A stretch of DNA of 55,158 nt, filler included, from Platydemus manokwari (GCA_037951405.1; 4 parts of 4 records of this genome joined end to end with filler, not necessarily neighbours in it), one strand, 5' to 3'; positions 1 through 12,800 are shown, counted from the whole stretch's first letter. The notes: generated from the sequence alone by a model not told the origin. A program made the numbers and translations.

Positions 1-129
1 AACATTTTAACAAGAGATAAAATTTTAAAAGATAATTCTGATCAAAATAAAATTTTGGAAAAGAAACCAAAATTTACAAACTGTATTAAAATAAAGATCA
101 AATTTTATTTTAGAAACTTGACTCATTCA

Positions 130-730
130 ATTTATAAAAAACCATTCTAATTTTATCACTATTATTAAAAAGACGTCCGCTATTATATTTGGCCTTTCCA
201 AAATAGTCCTCATCAATTTCTATGACGATATTTCGGTTTTCGATTATTTTCTATGCCAAGCTTATTCTTCATTGGCTTGGAATCTACAAATTTTATACTT
301 TAATAAATAATTTTTAATTCTTAGTTTTATTTTAATAAAAATTGTCAGAATTTGGTGATTGTTGGTTTGCTTATGGAGTTCATTTTGTTAATACTATTCT
401 TGTTATTATTCAGAATGTCGAAAAGAGATAAAGAGAATTGTTGAACCAAGTCCCTATGCGAATTCCGAAACTTATTTATTTATGATATCTTCATCTGATA
501 TATCTATTTGATTTAGATGAAATTTTCTTTTCATTGCACATTGCGACAGGCTTTGGATCTATGTATGCTATATGGATATTAATATACTTATTTTGAGATA
601 AAGCACGAGTACCTAGTTCCTGGCACTTCTCAATTATTTCCAAGTCACTTTTTTATAAAACAACTCTAAAAATCTTAGATATCGTTCCATTTGTTTTTAA
701 TTTAAAAAGGGTCCTCGCTATTTTTGAAAC
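130..730 (-). mobile_element. Degenerate Merlin (IS1595/ISXO2-like) DNA transposon fragment
   Basis: Reverse complement of about 165-235 reads NIVIEIDEDYFGKAKYNSGR, resembling the Merlin first-catalytic-Asp motif VEIDESxFGKRKYNRG. About 440-475 reads GIRIGTWFNNS (SIRxGxWF motif). Aligns by eye, inverted, with about 15600-16210. Confidence 0.8.
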
Positions 731-1345
731 GTTCTCTTTCGCAATATTAGATCGGTATCACTCACAAGAGGGTTGATATATAAAAATGTGATAGATTTTT
801 AAACATAATTTTAATAGTGAATATTCTATCTAGCTGGATTCCTGATTATTTAGATTTATTTAAACTTTGAGTAAGCTTCGATTTACTATTGAATCTATTC
901 CAATTATCTCTTGCTCTAATATATTCTTCTTTTGATATTCGATAAAATTTTTAATCTAGATTAAAATCATTCAATTGGCGATAATTTAGTTTTATTTAAT
1001 ACATAAACATTTAAGTGATGTTATATAATCATATGGATAAATTCCTTTCTCTTTCATTAATTGATATTTATCCGACGGAACTTCATTCAAAAACTATTTT
1101 CTTAAATAAATAAATACATCATTTGTCACTGATTTACTTATCGTATCTAAAGAGCTTTGAAATAATTGCTATTTGGAGACTATAGTGATGGAATCCTACT
1201 TGCCTCTGCTAAGTAGTATTTGATGTGACGATTTAAAGGTAATTCAACTAGAATAACTCGTTGAACGATCAGTAAGTTAGATAAATATGATTAAAATCAG
1301 AACGATGGAGATTCCACCAATGATCAGATCAAAACCAGTATAGTA

Positions 1346-2232
1346 TGTTGCGTGTAATTTGGATAGTATTATAATAATAAAATAAGGAACGATGATATGA
1401 ATACCTTTATTATAGAATTATCAAATGTGTAATGCTACAATTTTAACAGAGATTTAGTGTTGTGCCCTGAAGATGAGAACAACCGACTTAGGGAATTAGG
1501 TGCCGCCCTACTTCGGACCATAAACTAAAGAAATGATTTTACGATTACAAACCCTTGCGGATTTGCAATTAATATTTTAGCCCTGCAAATCTCATCGAGC
1601 TTTGCGATGGGATAAATGAAGTGAAAGTAATAAAATTTACCATTGGTATAGATTTGTAGAATTAACTGATTGAATTAATAGAGATATATAAAAATGTATA
1701 GGAGGTTGCGGTCCCGGGCTTAATGGTGAGTTATCCGTAAGCTGTGCGATAAGAATTGATTAAAATATTCCTCTGGATTAAGGCTGATCCGAGAAGAACG
1801 TTTTAGCTTATGAGCGTAAATGATTAATATTCCAAATGAATGCGCTGAATTTATCCATAATGCAGTTTCTCCCAAGATCGCTGTGATAATTCTAGAGCAT
1901 AATTTAGCATGAGATTATGTACGAATTTAATGTGCTGACTGAGCGCACTGAAATTTTCTCCCAGAAAATAATACACAAATTCCCAATTTTTGGCTGGGTT
2001 TAAATTCATTTAAATTAATTTTTCCGCGAATCATTTTTTCTTTTAGTTATTTATTTATTTTCCATGGTGATTAAACGTAACTAGTGCTCTCACCTTAGCA
2101 ATATGCAAATTACCATGGTGATATGAATTAATATTTAAAATTTTCATGGTAACACGGATTTAAAATTAGTTTTGGAGTTAGCTTATTCCTTTTATTATTT
2201 ATATTATTAGTGTAGGCGGGGTGTGGGCTACA
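1346..2232. mobile_element. Possible solo LTR or other repeat-derived segment
   Basis: Locally GC-richer non-coding block bounded by TGTTGC...GCTACA (imperfect inverted termini) with flanks AGTA/TGTA (3 of 4 match). No second copy in the window. Confidence 0.25.
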
Positions 2233-3297
2233 TGTACCCAACAATATTATATTTACATCAACACATAAACCTCACAAAATATCAACGAAAATTTCGCTTC
2301 CAACTGGTAGTTGACCATTTTAGATTGATTTTTATATATAAGTGCTTAAACAAGAGTTCCGTCTAATTTCGTCTTTCTTTTTGCAGAATTTCATTTCACT
2401 CAACAATATTGTGTATTATTTTATATTATTGTATATTATTATTGTTATAACAGTATATAATTTATATTCTCATATTTATGACAAGGTAATAAATAGAGCA
2501 AAATTAATAATATGAATAAAATAATATCAAAATTTACTATGAACATTTACAAACTCGAAATGAAGATGAATTAATATTAGACGATGAAAGAAAGGTCAAT
2601 AAACATATTACATCAATATTAAAATCATAACATTTACTATTCGAACATCAAGGCAAATAGAAAAACATCGACAATTAATAAATATAAAATCAAAATAAAT
2701 AAATAAATAATTCTTGAATAAAATCGATCATTTTATTTTATAAACAGAAAATCAAACGAATAAAAATAATTCTCAAATATTTAGGGCACAAACTTGTATA
2801 AACATCAATGAGAGGCATCATTTATAAGCAAGTGAAAAATAAGAGTTAAACTTCTGAGAGTTGAAACTAGGAATTAGATTGATAGCTGAAGGCTTAGCAC
2901 GAAGAATTTGTTCGGTAATTATATATTATAATTATTAATAATACCGGAACGTTGGCTATACAAAAATGATTATGATATTGTTTAGAATTTGTTGATTAAT
3001 GTATATAATGATGTTTTCATTTTAATCATTATTTCAGTTACAATAAAATCCTGATTTTTGGATTATTGTGAGTTATTACTAACCTATTTGTTTTTATCAG
3101 CTTTGTTAACGAGTATTTTTTGAAATATTTTCTTCGTTCCTATCTATAAAATGAGCATGTATTTTTTCGATTTCCATTCTCAATTTCATAAAGATAATTA
3201 GTTGTGAAAGATATCGAATTATAATAGTTTTGAATTAAATGTTTTAAAATTGAAAAAATTCTTAGCATACTTAAAAATAACATTAATATGTCTATAG

Positions 3298-3580
3298 CAG
3301 TGGTTTTTCAACCTTTTTGCTGGAGAGGAATCCCATGGAAACATTTTTCTGGCTCGAGGAACCCCTGTGCAATAATGTATCGAGTTTAATTTTGTTAAAT
3401 TTAGTACATTTAAACAATAACTAATAATAAAATAATACAAATAATAAGGAAAAATAATAATAATAAAATAGATTTTCGAAATTGAATTTAAGATATTGTT
3501 TATTTGTTTGTTGTTCTAATTTAGAAATTTAGAAATTTCTGAACCCTAAAGTTCCGCAGAACACTGGTTGAAAACCACTG
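3298..3580. mobile_element. hAT-family MITE (Buster/Charlie-like), 283 bp
   Basis: TIRs CAGTGGTTTTTCAACC / GGTTGAAAACCACTG; 8-bp TSD GTCTATAG (3290-3297) / GTCTATAA (3581-3588) with central TA; two further copies in the window. Confidence 0.9.
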
Positions 3581-3751
3581 GTCTATAAATTAAATTTATG
3601 GTTTTTTAAAGTTCTTGGACTGCGAAAAAAGTATAATATTATTTATTTTCAAATTAAAAGTATATTTCAAAATAACGATATTAGTAAAATAAAAGTTATA
3701 CAATCTACTTAACCGTTATTTACATAACGAATATCTATTAACAAATTTATA

Positions 3752-5275
3752 TTATAAAGCTCTCATTGAAAATGCGTTGGATGATCTTATGAGATTTTCA
3801 GAAAAGCAACCTTGGGATGGTCGCTGATTCAAAATGGGTTGTGAATTGTATGGTAGTTCTGAGGTTTTTCCAAAATCTGTCATCATATCGTAAATTATGT
3901 CGTCATCGTCCATCGGTATTAAATCGAAACACATATCAGGGTCCGAAATTATTGGCTTGAAAGGAGCATTTAGATTTTGCAAATTTTTAAAATCTAGAGA
4001 TTCGAAAAATTCTAAATTTTCAGGTAACCAATTATTTTCATTTAAATTGTCATCTAATCGGCGAACGGGTTCGACGCAAAGAATTTCGAGGAGTAATTGT
4101 TTGGCTGACGGAACATTCCAACAACGACGCTCAATGATTGCTGGATTTAGTAAACTTTTTTCGGCCAACATCAATTTAGCCTCTTCTATTGTCGTGTGAC
4201 AAACATCAAATGGATTTATCATGAAAAGCATGTAGAAAAATATGCACCCAGCTGACCAATAATCGCATTTAGAAGTATATTCTGCAACAGTTGAACTCGC
4301 ATGTAATTCGGGTGCTGAATAAGAAATACTTCCAAAATTTCTGAAAGGATATGCATGACGATTTGCATAACTACGTCGTCTAGTATCAAAAGGGTCAGGA
4401 GAAATGATATTTTCGGGTAGTTCTGTAAAACAGTTAGCACATTGATAAGAAATTGTAGAATCGGATTTATTAGGTGCAACAACATAAAGCTCAGTATTTA
4501 ATCCAAAATCTGTTAATTTCAAATGACCAGTTTCAGTTACAATTACATTGTCAGGTCGAATATCTCTGTGTAACACGCCTTGTTGATGAATGAATCGAAT
4601 TGCTACTAATAGTTCAGCCATCCAGAATCTGATTATAGGAATAATATCTGACTGAACTGGTTCAATAAATTCAACACTACCAGTTAAAAGAGCACTCTGA
4701 GCTTTAACAGTCATTTGATTCCGTTTCGAATAAATTAAGCATCTCGAACAACTACCGACATGAATTATGTGAATACATCGTTTCAGAGGCCAACCCACTA
4801 TTGCTTCAATGATAACAGAAATAGGGAGATTATGAAAATCCAATGTTTGAAATACTTTTGGAGTCCACAGTCCACCACAATTCAACAGAGCATCTCTTTC
4901 TCGAAGAAGGCCTATATAATTTGTTGTCATGAAATCGATATCGGATGACATGTGTATCAATTTGGATCGTATGGTTTTCAAGTAATACATGCGATTCTTT
5001 CGTTTGATTAAGTATGTATTTCCAAAACTTCCAGAATTATGAAGTCCCATCAAAGAGAAATCAGACAACTTTACTTTGGATTTGCGAGCATTTTTCAATA
5101 TTGAAACCAAAATGTGAGAATCATAGCTTTTGAAAACCTTTTGCCGATTTACAATTTCACGATTGTAAAAGAAATATTCCGCAAATTTCAATTTAGTACT
5201 TAAATGCTTTTTAATGTGAAATTTTGAATGTTCAGTTAATATTAATCGGGATTTGTAAAATGGAGGTGAACACAT
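3752..5275 (-). CDS. Intronless divergent AGC Ser/Thr kinase, NDR/LATS(Warts)-like, 507 aa
   Basis: Motifs NSGSFG, YYLK, LRERDAL, HRDIRPDN, GHLKLTDFG, long subdomain VII-VIII insert ending RRRSYANRHAY..GSISYSAPE, KCDYWSAGCI and AGC tail APFKPII. The N-terminus CSPPFYK...RKSKVKLSDF resembles the LATS/NDR MOB-binding region. The kinase call is secure; the subfamily is inferred. Confidence 0.9.
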   Translation of the reverse strand: MCSPPFYKSRLILTEHSKFHIKKHLSTKLKFAEYFFYNREIVNRQKVFKSYDSHILVSILKNARKSKVKLSDFSLMGLHNSGSFGNTYLIKRKNRMYYLKTIRSKLIHMSSDIDFMTTNYIGLLRERDALLNCGGLWTPKVFQTLDFHNLPISVIIEAIVGWPLKRCIHIIHVGSCSRCLIYSKRNQMTVKAQSALLTGSVEFIEPVQSDIIPIIRFWMAELLVAIRFIHQQGVLHRDIRPDNVIVTETGHLKLTDFGLNTELYVVAPNKSDSTISYQCANCFTELPENIISPDPFDTRRRSYANRHAYPFRNFGSISYSAPELHASSTVAEYTSKCDYWSAGCIFFYMLFMINPFDVCHTTIEEAKLMLAEKSLLNPAIIERRCWNVPSAKQLLLEILCVEPVRRLDDNLNENNWLPENLEFFESLDFKNLQNLNAPFKPIISDPDMCFDLIPMDDDDIIYDMMTDFGKTSELPYNSQPILNQRPSQGCFSENLIRSSNAFSMRAL

Positions 5276-7499
5276 TATTCTTTAATCTGAATTGAAATTT
5301 CAATGAATATCAATTATTTTCAAATAAAATTTCAAATATTGAACATAAATTATTTTTTATCATGTCAATTATTGTTGTATTGTATTTGAATTATGATATA
5401 ACTCATTTAATATATGTTTGTGTGAAAAATAAGAATAATTTAGTGTCCAAATTTAAAAATTTTTAAACAAAAAGGAGTGTTATGAAAATCATAATTAAAT
5501 TTTAATAAAATTTTCTAAAATATAAATAGAAAAATCAAACTTCACAAAGTGAAAAATCCGTTAAGAATGCAACAAGATCATGATTGAACTGGTATTTGAA
5601 TTATAATGAGTCAACAAAGGGAACATTAAGTTAACAAAAATCCAAACCAAAATAATACCAAGTTTTGTCCAAATAACTTTGTTTAACTGTTGAGTAAAGA
5701 TGAAATGTCGAAAGAAAAACGATTTAGTACTTTGAAACCCTTATTTTATCACTTGATGCATTTGCATACTTACACAACCATGCAAGCAGAGCAGCCAACC
5801 AATCACAGAAGACTTAAATGGAAAATTATAATTCGAAAAATGGACATATCCACACAACCATAAAGAGTACAAAAAATAAATAAGTTAAATTGGAACTTGG
5901 GAAATGAAAGATCAAATCAAAACTTGATACACAAATTGTGCAGAGTATAAATACTGATGTAAAGATATCCTACTGCCAGTTGGAAGTCGAATTTTATGCT
6001 GGTATTTTACATGGAGTTTTTGTTTAAATTTAATCATTTGTTGAAAATTTATTCGCCTATTATTATTAGTCACTGGCTATTTATTTTTGTTTAGCACCAC
6101 ATTGTTTAATAACAAGGTCGGTATAAAAAACTAATATTGCTTCTATTTTGTTTTTAGAAATTAATGTCACGTTATCAAATGAGGTTAAATTTGGTTGGCT
6201 AGATTAATTTAAAAATAAAATGCATGATTTAAAAACCATTTATTTGCAATTGCTAAGAAACATCTAACGATAGATTGACTCCTAGTTATATGCGATTTCT
6301 CAATTAATGTATTGAGATTGAAGTAATTAAGATGAAGTTTAAAGGAGAGTCTGTTTCTATTCTTGCTTAAATAAATGACTGAGCTCGAATTTATTAATTT
6401 TTTGTATTAACTATGGTTTCGTTTATTTCATACCATTTATTTCATGTGTCGATTAGAATGCTATGATAATGTCTGTCAAAGAAGATACCGAAAGAAATCT
6501 GGAGTTATTTCAAGGAATCGAATACTCTTTTTGCAAATTTTCACTTAAATTTTCTTTGTGGAAAAATTCACTCATATTTAATAACGAACAAAATCTACAT
6601 TGCATGTTTCGAGATGGGTGCGATGAACCCAAATGTTCTATATATGAAAGATGGAATAATGGATATGATATTGAGAATAGTCACGAAGATCTTTACTGAA
6701 AACAGAGACCGTGATTTTTAAATTTCACATTTTTGTGCTATCCGATTTATATAGTGAGATCGATTCTCCGCAACCTAAATTATTAAAATAAATAAATAAA
6801 TAATGAAAATACAAATTTGTTTTCAAAAATTGTAATAATTGTAACCAGACATCAATTGTGATTGGTTCAGAAATTAATTGTCCCCTTTGTCCTAATATAA
6901 TGACAAGTTAAAATAAAGTTTAACCAACAAATAAAGAAAAAAGAACATTAGAGCAAGTAGGCAGAAGGAAGTTATTAATAAAGAAACAAAGAAATTTATA
7001 TCAATCCTGAGCTAAAAAGAAACAATAAAAAACTATCAACGAAGAAAAAAAATAATAAAAAAGTGAAAATATTATAAAAAGCACAAAGAATATTTATCAT
7101 TTGATGTCCTCAATGAGATTGTGACGGTCGTTTTTGGAGAATAAATATTTGGCATCACATCATAATTATTTATTTCAATTTTATTACTGCGTACTTGTAG
7201 AAAATATGTTATTATATTTATCGAAGATTACTTTGTATTGGGATTTTATAGTTCGGGGAATATCAACCAAACAGATAGAATAGTAACCATAAGCAATTGC
7301 ACAAGCATCCGATTGAAGGCAATTTTTGGAGTCATTTTTATTTTTATTTTCTAATTTGATAGTCACTATGGAAACAAGTGATCATATTTTCTGAAAGGAA
7401 AATGCTATTTTCATGTGATTGAGCTTATATTTTAAATATATCTAAATCAAAAAATTATACATTTTCTCTAATTTTTGTGTGCTGACATCATTAGAAGAC

Positions 7500-8830
7500 A
7501 TTCTTGAAGATATTTTGTCTCAAGTATATATGTCACTCATGTCATAGCATCCAAAATTATATAATTTTTAATTCTATACATTTCAGGTATTCAAAATCCA
7601 GTTGTTAATTGATGGCCATTATCATTTTCAATTGTTATTATATGGAGACAATGTCTAGGGAAATACCATCACAAATAATCATTGCAGTCAGATTTTTAAA
7701 AGTTAAGTTTGAATATTGAATTCCAGAGTGTCATTAGCTGAAAATATTGGATAGTTATTTAATCAATAAGGATACACTTAAAATTTAACAATACCTAAAT
7801 CAACAATACCCCATTTAACAAATTAAATTTAATAATTTGGAAATTTCTAACAAAAATTTTGCTTTAAATAATTATAAATACGAGAAAGATAAAGTTCTTA
7901 GAACATTTTTGAAAAATAAATGATGGAAAATATGATTAAGGTTGGAATCAATTACGTGTATCCACAAAATCTTTATATAAATTTGAAAATATAATTGAAA
8001 AGTAAAAAAAATCCAATTTTCATATGAAATTATTAATATTTTGACATTTTCCTTCTTCGAAATGACTTATCCTCCTTATCTGAAATGACTTCATTTTCTA
8101 AAATCAAACATAAAACTTAAATTGATTTCCTGTTATTTATCTTGTAATTTATTGGATAAGATTAATTCTAATCGAAATTTGTTATTACTTTATTATTAAA
8201 ATTAATAACATTATTTATTATATTTTATGAAATTTTTAGACTTGGTTTGTATAATAATTGAGTTGATGCAGTTAATAATATAACATAATGTAAATGGTGT
8301 GTTGTTTAAGAACTAAGTTCTAAAAATCTATATTAGTGTAATGAATAATAGAGGAAAATTTCAAGTATTTATTGAATTAAAATCAGATAATATTATAATA
8401 AATAAAAGAATGGTGATTTTTAAAAAATTAACAGGAATTAATGGTCATCAAATACCGTTTGATAAGAAATATTAATATCACTAGAATCGACAAAAAGGGT
8501 TCATTTAAGAAAAACAGTAAGGTAGATATTGGCAATGTTACTAAAGATACAGATATGTTAATGAGATCGATCAAGATTATTTCAAATTAAATATCTATTC
8601 ATCACCTTTGAAGTGGATTAAAAAACAATAAATTTACTTGCGAGTTTGTCGAAATATATCATAGAATTCATATTCCTTGAAAATTTCTACGAGATTAATA
8701 ATATTAAAATTTGTGCTACTCTTGTCAATTTCTTCAGTAATTATATAAGCATCGAGATTGGTTGGTGAGTTGCTATGGAGATTATGCCATTTCCATTTAT
8801 GCTTGTCATGATATGCTTGTTAATTACTAA
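7500..8830 (-). mobile_element. Heavily decayed non-LTR retrotransposon (CR1/L2-like) relic
   Basis: Scattered motif-like remnants in the expected RT order on the minus strand: KEGKCQNINNF (cf. KKG..NYRPIS, about 8030-8065), a GV..-like segment (about 7810) and PIFSANDTL (cf. LFADDT, about 7725-7750). Many stops and frameshifts. Confidence 0.3.
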
Positions 8831-8963
8831 TAACAACTTATTTATTTATTTAATTCTAATTATTATGCATATATTTCCTGTGTTCTTATTGCACTTCATA
8901 TCAGTCCATTTTAAGAATATTAATTGATGTGTTTTATTATTATCAGTTGCTTGTACAAGCTCT

Positions 8964-9098
8964 ATTTGTTTATTTGATTGAAAATTTGGCTATTATCGCT
9001 TAGTAATCAATTATTGCCCATCATTTGTTTATTTGATTCAAAATTTGACTATTACTGATTCCTAATCGATTTTTGTTAATCGATTTGTTAATTTAATT
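8964..9098. repeat. Degenerate tandem repeat, about 59-bp unit, about 2.3 copies
   Basis: ATTTGTTTATTTGATT(G/C)AAAATTTG(G/A)CTATTA occurs at 8964 and 9023, with a partial third start at about 9083. Confidence 0.7.
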
Positions 9099-9819
9099 AT
9101 TATTACCTTGTGATTGATTTTTGCTACTACATAAAGCACACATGTGCTTTCCGTGCGTGTTTACACAATTTGTTTATATTTCCTAAGATTTCAGATAGCA
9201 CGTAATTGACTGATTTATAAATGACCTCATTTCCAGGTAAACATTTGCTAGCATCTCTATTGTCATCTGAAAGTCGCGATAACGATAATAATAAAATGGT
9301 ATCATATCAAATTAATTTATTATGTCAAAGATATCATGAATGAATGAGATCGTATTAAATTTTATTAAATTTAATATACAGTGTCACCTTATGATCGTTA
9401 TCACAGCATCATAAGTTTAAATAAAATTAATGATGTTTATTTAATTAATATTATTAAATACCAAATAGTAAAATTATAATAAAAATTGATATATTAATGA
9501 TTATTAGATTATTTAAATTGATCAATTATTTCATTTATATTCACTATATTATAAATGAAAATTTACCGAATCATAGACTGATTACTGCAAATAATATTAT
9601 TGGTTAATATAATAATACGGAAAATAATATTGGGAATAATGTTGATAATAATAAACACGATGAGCTGGAAACTTTAACACACACATTCATTAACATATTC
9701 TCAATAATTTTAAGATTTTTCGATAACACAAGTGTGAATATTTAACTTTGTAATGGGTATTGTATGTGAAGATGGCATTGAATTGTCATATATTAAGAAA
9801 AATATTCATGGCTTTAATA

Positions 9820-9820
<1 letters not shown>

Positions 9821-9864
<44 letters not shown>
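9821..9864. repeat. Compound (CA)n(TA)n microsatellite
   Basis: Directly visible: (CA)7 followed by about (TA)15. Confidence 0.95.
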
Positions 9865-9870
<6 letters not shown>

Positions 9871-12800
9871 TTGAAGAGCCCAACAAATAAAAATATAAAG
9901 AAAAATAAATCAATGACAAACTACTCACTAGAATAAATTATTAATAATTGAACTTAATATCTTTAAAGTTAAAAATAAAGACAACACTAAATTAAAATAA
10001 TAATTGTTAACTGAAATAATTATTGCTATAAATAAATATTAAAATAAAATTATGTTTTATAAAAATAAGTTATTGTTCTATTGTTTGATAGTGGAAGTTA
10101 CACCAGTTGCGAACAATTTATCTGCCTAATCGTTTACAAAATAATATTGAAGAGTCCGTGAAAAATTGTCACTAAATCGAAACAAATTGTAAGTCAAAGA
10201 ACCAACTTAGTTAAGTTGATGGAAAATTGAACTCTGGCCTTTCGAAAGATGATGAATTCATTAATGGAATATTACTGCACAGTGGTGAAAGTGCATTTAT
10301 GTTATTTTGACCTACTTAAAGTCAGAAAAACACCAATTTAGTAAAATTAGTGAAAACTTGTGATTCATAAATAAAATTAATTGGTTTACTGCACAGTGCT
10401 GCAAGTAAACTGGTATAAATACACAGGGAATCCGATTAAGCTACCATCAATAGAATCTCGTGTTCAGACAATAAAGCTTTATTGCCGTCTTGAACAAAAA
10501 GGAAAAGGTCAAACTCAATTGATCTACGACAAGGAAATTTGATCGATGATTTTCAGAAGCAAAACAGGAATAAACAGATATGAACAAGTCTTTAACAGGA
10601 ATTGTGACGATAACATAAAAAATTTATCGAGTGGGAGGAAGACAATCAATAGAAGTAATCAAGAAAATAATAAGAAAAAATTCATTCAATTACTTGAATT
10701 TTAATTTTATATTTTACAAAGTCCGTTCGTAAAAGTTTCTACGAATATCGGTATATTTATTTTTGTATTAGAATAAAGGGCGATAGTAATAGTTATTACG
10801 AATACCTGTAAAAAATTATAGCATCTTAAAAGTATTTATGAAAACTTGTAGTAAGGTCAGGAGTATATCCTTGACCAGTATTCTCAAATTTGTGAATGGA
10901 CTCGATCCGCTATTTCTTATTTATTTGACAGTACTTATTTAGGGGCTCGGCCCAATTGAATAAAATTTTTCATTATTATAAATTTCGATATAAAATATAA
11001 TTTAGTGATCAACTTATTGTCTTTTGGAGTAAGATTAATAAGTTAAGGAGTATTGTTGTGATCTACACACGCTAGACCCAGTAAAACAATGGAATGGTCA
11101 ATGCAGCAAAATCAATGTACTACTTATAAAAAAGTAATTCAAAACTTATCTTCAATGCATGGAAATTGTAGAAATAAAAACCACGTTAATAAGACGAAAG
11201 CGACTATATATATTTGGAGAAGATAATTTTTAAAATAAATATGATGTTGTTAATTATGGGATATTCTTATTAGGCTATATTTTATTAACAAACTCTAAAA
11301 TATATATTAATGATAACTTATCGATCTCGTTTAGCCTTCTATAACTCGAAGGAGTAGTCATTTCACAGTTTTGGTAATGAACATTTATATAAAAATGTAT
11401 TATAGGGATTTAGAACATTTGTAATTGATCTTCACATCGAACGATTTCTGAAATTTGGACTGATATTAATACACACAATCATATATGCCTGGCTTAAGAG
11501 TTTTTTTTATATATCGAAGGCGACAATCTCTACCGTTAACTTATAAGTACCAAAACCCAAAAAAATAAATTTACCTAAAAATTTGATAAAAAAAATTCGA
11601 CATGCCTACACAGCTTATCAAACTCATCCTTAGAATTCTCGAAAAAAACTATCAATTTCAGAATAACTTGTTAAACAAGATAATGAAAAATTTGATCAAA
11701 ATCATCACAAGGCACTTTCTATAAATGTCCATAAAAATATCATTGAATCTTTTGAATGAAAATTTCCAGCAGAAACTATGGGATCATTTAGTTTTTTTAA
11801 ATTATTTAAAGAATCACTTCATTATTTATAATTTTTTATCACGATATCATATAATAAACAAGAGAACAAAAGTGTAAGTTTTAATTCATTATTAGAATTC
11901 AATACAAAATCAAAATGTTGAATATTTGGTGATATTTCATTGTTGATAAAATACAGATATGGAAAAGCTAATTACAATTATACCTACAAGAAGATAATCA
12001 ATATTCACATATCACTGTTGTACACCTAAATGATTAATACAATATATCACTTCTAAATAATTTACACACCACCACACATGACCAATCACAATTCAGAATT
12101 ATCATTGATATCATTTTGATTGTCCGCTTCTGTTCGATCTGTAGCCACTCTGGTATCAATTTCAGAAATGTTCGTATTAATGTTAGTAGCAGGCAATGTT
12201 GGAGAATGTGTATAATAGGATCGTCCAGTGTGCACTCCGCTGGAAGAACTAAAATTCACAAATAAATTATACAATTAATAGAATTAAAATTGAAGTAAAC
12301 TATCAAAAATATTTTCTATGAGAAAATTATAAAATAACGGTGAAACATTGATAAAACCGTTTTAAATATTACATTATTACGATATATAAAGTGAAGGTTA
12401 TTCAAAGGAGTGTATGAGAATAAATTTTAATAAAGATTTTGACAAAGGAATCAATATTAAAAGTATTTTCGTGACTTATCAATATTTCTCACCAATAAAT
12501 TCAGTAAGATAATGTGAGGATTTAAAATTATTTTTAAAATAAATTATAAATAAGAAATTAATTAGAATTTTATAAGTTTATCGTTTGCTTAACTATTACT
12601 ATAAAATATATTTTCTAGGTTAAATTTCTTAAATTCATATTCATACAACTAACACGGTGACCACGCATTTGAATTCGATTCTGAGAAGATTAATACCAAC
12701 AAAGTAAGGAAAAACACAAAACATCGAATTAATTCTAAAAAAGGTAATTTTCAAATTTACAAAAACTCAAATAAATGGAGAATAAATAGAGAATTCGATG

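Noticed and set aside
3219-3440. 73-aa ORF
   Set aside because: Lies mostly within the hAT MITE; no protein features.
3897-4948. Short ORFs overlapping the kinase
   Set aside because: Antisense or alternate-frame by-products of the kinase CDS.
6463-6699. 78-aa plus-strand ORF
   Set aside because: No recognisable domain or splice context.
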